Shown here piece after piece: positions 58,536-64,000 of a stretch of DNA of 64,000 nt. This stretch comes from an uncultured Gammaproteobacteria bacterium (GTDB lineage Bacteria > Myxococcota_A > UBA9160 > SMWR01). The stretch's first letter is position 1; each line of letters begins with the position of its first letter. Under the pieces are notes generated by a model, which ran no database searches, had not been told where the DNA came from, and was given only the letters and a program-made list of their open reading frames with translations. The position numbers and the translations under genes are program-made. Where the stretch lies: contig CAXMSF010000251.1 in assembly GCA_964196055.1 (NCBI GenBank), forward strand, positions 1,101 to 65,100. The letters are read 5' to 3'.

Positions 58536-59495
58536 GTGCTTCCCAAGGAGATCATGCGCCGGGTGCGCGAGATCCAGGTTCGCACCGGCCGCCAGGTGGC
58601 CGACGTGCTCGCGGGTGAGTATGTCTCGGTATTCAAGGGCAGCGGCATCGAGTTCGACGAGGTGCGCCCCTACATCCCCGGTGACGACATCCGCAGCATC
58701 GACTGGAACGTCACCGCGCGGATGGGCGAGCCCTTCGTCAAGCGCTACGTCGAGGAACGACAGCTCACACTGATGCTGATGGCCGACGTCTCCGCCTCCC
58801 TGGATTTCGGCTCCGGCGATCGCTCCAAGCGCGAGTGCGCGGCCGAGTTCTGCGCACTGCTCGGATTCTCTGCGAGCCGAAACGACGACAAGGTGGGCCT
58901 GCTGCTCTTTCACGGCGACACCGAGCGGTACATCCCGCCGCGCAAGGGGCTCAGACACGCCCTGCGTGTCGTCCGCGAGGTGCTGAGCCACGACGGCGAA
59001 GGCGACGCAGCGGCCACGACGGAGCCCGGTCTGCAACGTTGGTGGATGCTCCCGGGGCGCCGTCGTCCGCGCAGACCGCGCGAGGCGACGAACATCGCCA
59101 AGGCCATGGAGTTCTTCCTATCGGTCAACAAACGCCGCACGGTCTGCTTCGTAGTGAGCGACTTCATCGACGAGGGATGGGAGCGCGCACTACAGACGGC
59201 GAACCGCAAGCACGATGTGGTGGCGGTGCTGATCACCGACCCCAGAGAGCTCGAATTCGCGGACGTCGGTCTCGTCTCACTGGTCGACGCCGAGACGGGA
59301 CGAAGCCGAGTGGTGGACGGCGGCTCCCCGGCCTTCCGCGAAACCCTTCGCGACGAGGCCGAAAAGCGCGTCGAGGGCATTCGGCGCAGGCTTGCGCAGG
59401 CGGGCATCGACCTCATTCACGTCGACGCCGCGGGCTCGGTGGTCGACCCTGTGGTGCGCTTCTTCCGGGCGCGCGAACGCCGAGCGCGTCGATGA
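58536..59495 (+). CDS. DUF58 (vWA-like) protein, MoxR partner
   Basis: GEYVSVFKGSGIEFDEVRPYIPGDDIRSIDWNVTAR...LMADVSASLDFGS. Confidence 0.85.
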   Translation: MLPKEIMRRVREIQVRTGRQVADVLAGEYVSVFKGSGIEFDEVRPYIPGDDIRSIDWNVTARMGEPFVKRYVEERQLTLMLMADVSASLDFGSGDRSKRECAAEFCALLGFSASRNDDKVGLLLFHGDTERYIPPRKGLRHALRVVREVLSHDGEGDAAATTEPGLQRWWMLPGRRRPRRPREATNIAKAMEFFLSVNKRRTVCFVVSDFIDEGWERALQTANRKHDVVAVLITDPRELEFADVGLVSLVDAETGRSRVVDGGSPAFRETLRDEAEKRVEGIRRRLAQAGIDLIHVDAAGSVVDPVVRFFRARERRARR

Positions 59496-60493
59496 TGCGC
59501 GCTCTCGCCGCCGCACTCGTCTGGCTCACGCTCGCACCCGGCATCGCCGACGCCATCGAGCAGGAGACCCAGCTCGGACCGGTGACGGTGGTCGTCCGCC
59601 TCGAGCCCGAGGCTCCGGTGATCGGCGATGCCATGACGCTCAGCATCGAAGTACTCGCCGAGGAGGGAATCGAAGTGTTGATGCCCGAGTTCGGCGAGGC
59701 GCTCGAGCGGTTCAGCATCATCGACTTCGTGCCGCGCGAGCAGCTCGACCCCGACGGCCGCACGCATTTCAGCCAGCGTTACACGCTGCAATCGCCGCGA
59801 TCGGGAGAGCACGCCCTGCCCGCCATCTTGATCGAGTTCGTCGATCGGCGTCCCGGGCATGACCCGGCGCCCGAAGACCTCGATGCCTACGAACTGCTGA
59901 CGGATCCGCTCCGCTTCGATGTGGCTTCGGTCGTGCAGGGCGCCGACGACCTCGAGCTGAGCCCGCCGATGGGTGCGCTTCCGGCGCGAGGCGGCGTCGG
60001 AGCCAACCCGTGGTACTGGGTGGCCGGCCTGCTGCTGGCTCTCCTCGCGGTCACTCCCTTCGCCTACCGCGCCTGGGCGCGTCTGCGCAGCCGCGCCGCC
60101 GTACGCTCCGCCTACGAACTCGCGCGCTCGGAACTCGACGCGCTCCTGGCCGGGCCCAGGCCCTCGGGCGATCGCATCGGCGACTTCTTCGTCGAGCTGT
60201 CGGGCATCATGCGCCGCTACCTCGAACGGCGATTTCAGCTTCGCTCGCCCGAGCTGACCACCGAGCGCTTCCTCGAAGTCGTGAGCGACTCACCCGACCT
60301 GAGCGATGCGCACCGGCTGCTGCTGCGCGACTTCCTGAGCCAATCGGACCTCGTCAAGTTCGCGCACGTGATTCCCGACGCAAAGGCGATCAAGGACGCC
60401 GTCGATGCCGTCTCGAGCTTCGTCGAGGAGACGCGCGACGATCGGTCCCCGAGCACCACCACCGACTCCGTCATGCTCGGAGCAGAGGGCTAG
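59492..60493 (+). CDS. secreted/membrane protein, BatD-like N-part plus DUF4381-like C-part
   Basis: ATGA overlap with DUF58. Signal peptide, a single TM (WYWVAGLLLALLAV), then SELTTERFLE...DLVKFAH, typical of DUF4381 in Bat operons. Confidence 0.55.
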   Translation: MMRALAAALVWLTLAPGIADAIEQETQLGPVTVVVRLEPEAPVIGDAMTLSIEVLAEEGIEVLMPEFGEALERFSIIDFVPREQLDPDGRTHFSQRYTLQSPRSGEHALPAILIEFVDRRPGHDPAPEDLDAYELLTDPLRFDVASVVQGADDLELSPPMGALPARGGVGANPWYWVAGLLLALLAVTPFAYRAWARLRSRAAVRSAYELARSELDALLAGPRPSGDRIGDFFVELSGIMRRYLERRFQLRSPELTTERFLEVVSDSPDLSDAHRLLLRDFLSQSDLVKFAHVIPDAKAIKDAVDAVSSFVEETRDDRSPSTTTDSVMLGAEG

Positions 60494-60494
60494 C

Positions 60495-61514
60495 ATGGGC
60501 GGATTCGAGTTTCGAGATCCCTTCTTCCTCGTCTTCGGACTGCTGGCGCCGCTCGTCTATGCGCTGGCTTCCGGCAGCCCCTCGGCGGTGCGCTACTCGA
60601 GCCTGGCGCTGCTCAGGAGTGCGCCGTCGTCGTGGCGGGTCAGGCTGTTGCCGCTTCCCGCCGCCTGCCTGGCGCTCGCCACCCTCGCGCTCGCCGTCGC
60701 CCTGGCCGGCCCACGCACCGGCGACGCGAGCAGCAAGATCCACCGCGAGGGCATCGCGATGATGCTGGTGGTGGACCGATCGGGTTCGATGAATGCGCGC
60801 GACTTCGTACGCGGTGATCAGAGCATCGATCGCCTGCAGGCGCTCAAGCAGGTGTTGCACCGCTTCCTCGGCACCGATGGCGAGGGTCGCGGTCGACCGG
60901 ACGACCTGATCGGACTCGTGTCCTTCGCCGGCTACGCCGACAGCGTGGCACCACTGACGCTGGATCACGCCAATCTGATGGCAATCCTCGACGAAACGGA
61001 GATCGTGCGGGATCCCGACGAAGACGGCACGGCGATCGGCGAGGGACTCGCTCTCGCGGTCGAGCGGCTGCGCCGCCATCCGGCCAAGAGCAAGGTGGTG
61101 GTGCTGCTGAGCGACGGAGTGAACAACCGCGGCGACATCACACCCGCACAGGCCGCCGAACTGGCCGAAGCGCATAACATCAAGGTCTATACCGTCGGCG
61201 CCGGCACCACGGGCTTCGCCCCGTACCCGGTTCCATGGCGTGGGCGGATCGTACTGCGGCAGGTACAAGTCGAGCTGGACGAGCGCGAGCTCGAAGCCAT
61301 CGCAGAGCGGACCGGTGGGCGCTACTTCCACGCCGAGAACGCCGAAGCGCTGCGGGAGGTCTACGGCGAAATCGACGCACTCGAGCGCACGGAGATCATC
61401 GAGCTCCGCTACATGCAGTATCGCGAGCACTATGCGGGCTTCGCCGCCGGCGGGCTCTTGCTGATGCTGGCCGCAGCGCTCGCGAGTCGGACATTCCTGC
61501 GGAGGCTGCCGTGA
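60495..61514 (+). CDS. vWA-domain protein, BatA-like
   Basis: N-terminal TMs, MIDAS VVDRSGSM, LLSDGVNN. C-terminal TM. Confidence 0.8.
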   Translation: MGGFEFRDPFFLVFGLLAPLVYALASGSPSAVRYSSLALLRSAPSSWRVRLLPLPAACLALATLALAVALAGPRTGDASSKIHREGIAMMLVVDRSGSMNARDFVRGDQSIDRLQALKQVLHRFLGTDGEGRGRPDDLIGLVSFAGYADSVAPLTLDHANLMAILDETEIVRDPDEDGTAIGEGLALAVERLRRHPAKSKVVVLLSDGVNNRGDITPAQAAELAEAHNIKVYTVGAGTTGFAPYPVPWRGRIVLRQVQVELDERELEAIAERTGGRYFHAENAEALREVYGEIDALERTEIIELRYMQYREHYAGFAAGGLLLMLAAALASRTFLRRLP

Positions 61515-64000
61515 GCGAGCTGCACTTCGCGGAACCGCAATGGCTGTACGTCGCCGGGGTCGTGGGGGGGGTGCTGCTGGCGTTGGTCGCGCTCGATCGA
61601 CGTGGCGGGCGGGCACTCGAGCGCCTGGTCGGCACGGTGCTGCAGCCGCGTCTGGTCTCCAAACCGACCGCCTTGCGACGCCGCCTCCAGCTCGCGCTGC
61701 TCGGGCTCTCGGCCCTTTCGCTCGTGGTCGCGCTGATGCGCCCGCAATGGGGCGTCGAGTTCGTGAAGTCGCCCCAGATCGGGGCCGAAATCATGATCGC
61801 CATCGACGTCTCCCGCTCGATGCTCGCCGAAGACGTCGCGCCCAATCGACTCGACCGCGCCAAGGCGGAGATCCGCGATCTGCTGACCTTCCTCGACGGT
61901 GACCAGGTCGGCCTGATCGCCTTCGCGGGCCGCGCCAGCGTCGTATGCCCGCTGACACCGGACTTCGCTTTCCTCCGCATGGTGCTCGACGGCCTCGGGC
62001 CCCACACGGTGGGGCGCGGCGGCACCCGACTCGAAGAGCCGATCCGGAAGGCGACGGCGGGCTTCGGAAGTTCGGGAGACTTGTCGCGGGTGATCCTGCT
62101 CATCACCGACGGCGAGGATCACGACTCCTTCCCGATCGACGCCGCCAAAGAGGCGGCGGAACGGGGCATCCGCATCCTCGCCATCGGCTTCGGCGACGAA
62201 AACGGCAGCCCGATCACGCTCACGGATCCCGAGACCGGCGCCCGCACGACGCTGCGCGACGCCGACGGGCAGCCGGTGCGAAGCCACCTCGACGGCGACC
62301 TGCTCCGCGAACTCGCAATGGTGACCGAGGGAGCCTATGTGCCGGCGGGCACCGGTGTACTCGACCTCGACGGCATCTTCGCAGCCCATATCCGCCCGTT
62401 GATGCGGGCGACCGGCGAGGAACGCGGCCGCACGATCCGCAAGGACGCCTTCCAGTGGGCGATCCTGCTCGCCCTCGTCGCTCTGCTCGGAAGCGTGGCG
62501 ACGTCCGCCACGCGCCTGCGGGTCCTGCTGCTGATGCTGGCGCTCACGCCCGGCATCGACGCTGGGCAGGCCCACGCGCAAGCCCCCGCGCCACCCGACC
62601 CCGCAGTGAAGGCAATGGGCCTTCCGGAGCCCGAGGGAGCGCCGTCCGAATCCGATGAAGACGGTTCACGTGACCGCGTCCCCATTCCCGAGGAAGCGCG
62701 CGAGGCCTACAACCAGGGCGTCGAACGACTCGCTGACGGCCAACTCGACGAAGCCGAACGCCTGCTGGAGGCGGCGCGCAACAATGCACGGGGCGACGGA
62801 AGCGCGCGCTTCCGGGCCAGCTTCAATCTCGCCTGGGTCGAGATTCGGCGCTCGGAGGCAGTCCTCGAAAGCGACGGACCGGCAGCGCTGCGATCGCTGG
62901 AGCGCGCGGCGGACTGGTTCAGGGAAGCCATCGCCATCGATCAGAACAGCCAGGAGGCACGGCGCAATCTCGAGATCGTGCTCCGGCGAGCACTCGTGCT
63001 CGCGGATGCGCTGGCCGAGAAGGAGCCGCGCGACGTCGCCGCCCAGCTCGACGCGCTGATCGAATCGCAACGCGGCGTGGCCGCCAGCGCCCGGCAGGTG
63101 GCAGAGATGATCCAACAGGGCGGCGACCAGGAGTCTGCGCTGCGGTTGAAACCACAATTCAAACAGGTGGCTGTGGAGGCGCGACGCATCCTCGGGGAGG
63201 CGCGGGCGCTCGTGGACGTAGCGGCGGGCGAACTGGACTCCCTCGAGCAGCGCGCCGACGAGGAGCTCACACCCGAGGAGCGCATGCGCGCGGCGCAGCT
63301 TCAGGGCGTGCTCCACTACCTGCACCGCGCGCGCGAGCGGGTCGGCCAGGCGCGCAATCAGCTGCGTCAACGCCAGGCGGCACGCGCCTATCGCCGCGCG
63401 GCGGCGGGCCTCTCCGAGCTGAAGCGTGCCAGGGATCAATTGCGTCCCCCCGTGCAGCTGCTCGATGTCCTGATTCAAGACGCCGGCGACATCGCCGGCG
63501 AGACGCGCGCGCTCGCCGCATTCGAGCTCGGCGCGAGCATTCCAGCTGTCGGCCAGGATCAGCGAGCCGAAGCACCGAGCTGGCTCACGCCCCTCTACCT
63601 GGGCGAGGCCCAGGCTTCCGTCGCCGAGCGCATCGTCGAGCTCGACGCGCAGCTGCGAGCCGGGCTCGAGCAGTCGGGCACCGTCGAGGATCCCGAGCAG
63701 CAGGCGCTGCTCGATCGCGTGGCCGCGGCCGAGCCCTTCGTCGCGGAGGCGGGCGAGCACGCCGCGGCTGCCGCTGAGCGCCTCGGCGCCGAGGCGCTCC
63801 AGCCGGGCGCCGAAGCCCAGGCCGAAGCACTGACTGCATTGATCGCGGCCCGCGAACGATTCCTCGATCTGAAGGGCCTGATCGAGGTCGCCTACGCGGA
63901 CGAGCAGCGTATCGACGGGCTCTTGAATCCCAGCGACGAGGAAATCGACCCCGAGCGCATCCGCGAATACGGCCCGGCGCTGGGGGCGCTCCAGCAGCAC
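61511..64000 (+). CDS. vWA-domain BatB-like protein continuous with a BatC-like TPR/coiled-coil region (open to the window end)
   Basis: Not in the ORF track, since there is no stop in the window. I translated all 830 codons from GTG 61511 (GTGA overlap with batA) by hand and found no stop. MIDAS IAIDVSRSM, LITDGEDH, TM FQWAILLALVALLG, then a second signal-like segment LLLMLALTPGIDAGQAHA, a TPR-like segment EAYNQGVERLADGQLDEAERLLEAA and a long Ala/Glu/Arg-rich helical region. Confidence 0.75.
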   Translation, partial: MSELHFAEPQWLYVAGVVGGVLLALVALDRRGGRALERLVGTVLQPRLVSKPTALRRRLQLALLGLSALSLVVALMRPQWGVEFVKSPQIGAEIMIAIDVSRSMLAEDVAPNRLDRAKAEIRDLLTFLDGDQVGLIAFAGRASVVCPLTPDFAFLRMVLDGLGPHTVGRGGTRLEEPIRKATAGFGSSGDLSRVILLITDGEDHDSFPIDAAKEAAERGIRILAIGFGDENGSPITLTDPETGARTTLRDADGQPVRSHLDGDLLRELAMVTEGAYVPAGTGVLDLDGIFAAHIRPLMRATGEERGRTIRKDAFQWAILLALVALLGSVATSATRLRVLLLMLALTPGIDAGQAHAQAPAPPDPAVKAMGLPEPEGAPSESDEDGSRDRVPIPEEAREAYNQGVERLADGQLDEAERLLEAARNNARGDGSARFRASFNLAWVEIRRSEAVLESDGPAALRSLERAADWFREAIAIDQNSQEARRNLEIVLRRALVLADALAEKEPRDVAAQLDALIESQRGVAASARQVAEMIQQGGDQESALRLKPQFKQVAVEARRILGEARALVDVAAGELDSLEQRADEELTPEERMRAAQLQGVLHYLHRARERVGQARNQLRQRQAARAYRRAAAGLSELKRARDQLRPPVQLLDVLIQDAGDIAGETRALAAFELGASIPAVGQDQRAEAPSWLTPLYLGEAQASVAERIVELDAQLRAGLEQSGTVEDPEQQALLDRVAAAEPFVAEAGEHAAAAAERLGAEALQPGAEAQAEALTALIAARERFLDLKGLIEVAYADEQRIDGLLNPSDEEIDPERIREYGPALGALQQH

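Noticed and set aside
61430-64000. Long minus-strand ORFs 61430..62581 (383 aa) and 62666..64000 (444 aa), and plus-strand ORFs 61540..61902 and 61945..62658
   Set aside because: They are antisense or off-frame shadows of the hand-translated BatB/BatC-like ORF (61511-64000). Their products are Arg/Gly/Ala/Pro-rich with no motifs, whereas the chosen frame has vWA MIDAS, TM and TPR-like features.

Overview
GC-rich bacterial chromosomal window, tightly packed with genes. It contains no rRNA, tRNA or CRISPR, and I found no transposase or integrase. All coordinates were refined by hand-counting and manual translation. Product calls rest on motifs I recognise by eye, not on searches.

Layout:
- 1-6.1 kb: thiolase 5' end, HupE/UreJ-like protein, PPIase, 2Fe-2S ferredoxin-like protein, MsbA-like ABC exporter, PLD-like protein.
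- 6.1-13.4 kb: a nonulosonic-acid (sialic/KDN-like) sugar locus. It has two divergent paralogs of a ~450-aa 'surface carbohydrate biosynthesis' family, an oxidoreductase, a NeuB-SAF-cupin fusion, a HAD phosphatase and a CMP-sugar synthetase.
- 14-22.7 kb: acyl-CoA dehydrogenase, acetoacetate-decarboxylase-like protein, TetR, FAD oxidoreductase, then gpx, DUF2889-like protein, BI-1/YccA and lipoproteins.
- 22.8-29.9 kb: a complete Na+-NQR operon, nqrABCDEF-apbE-nqrM.
- 30.4-37.3 kb: CBS protein, class I fumarase, HAD, two acyl-CoA dehydrogenases, PPOX-like protein, PaaI thioesterase.
- 37.3-51.6 kb: an accessory glycan island. It holds three sulfotransferase-like genes, three GT92/GT2-like genes, two more paralogs of the 450-aa family, an NTP-transferase-like/CDP-alcohol phosphatidyltransferase fusion and a secreted coiled-coil protein. 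It also holds several broken genes and a 94-bp direct repeat sitting at gene-truncation junctions.
- 51.6-57.3 kb: thiolase relic, lipoprotein, broken ypfJ, then a Ras-like GTPase, hybrid histidine kinase and REC-MBL module.
- 57.5-64 kb: a Bat/MoxR-type operon (MoxR, DUF58, DUF4381/BatD-like, BatA, and a BatB-BatC-like ORF running off the window).

Best candidates for something new:
- the sulfation/glycan island and its four-member paralog family;
- the NeuB-lyxose-isomerase-cupin fusion pathway;
- a G10 tract in the ribosome-binding position of one paralog;
- the 94-bp junction repeat;
- an in-frame TGA exactly at the CxxC cysteine of an AhpD-like ORF.
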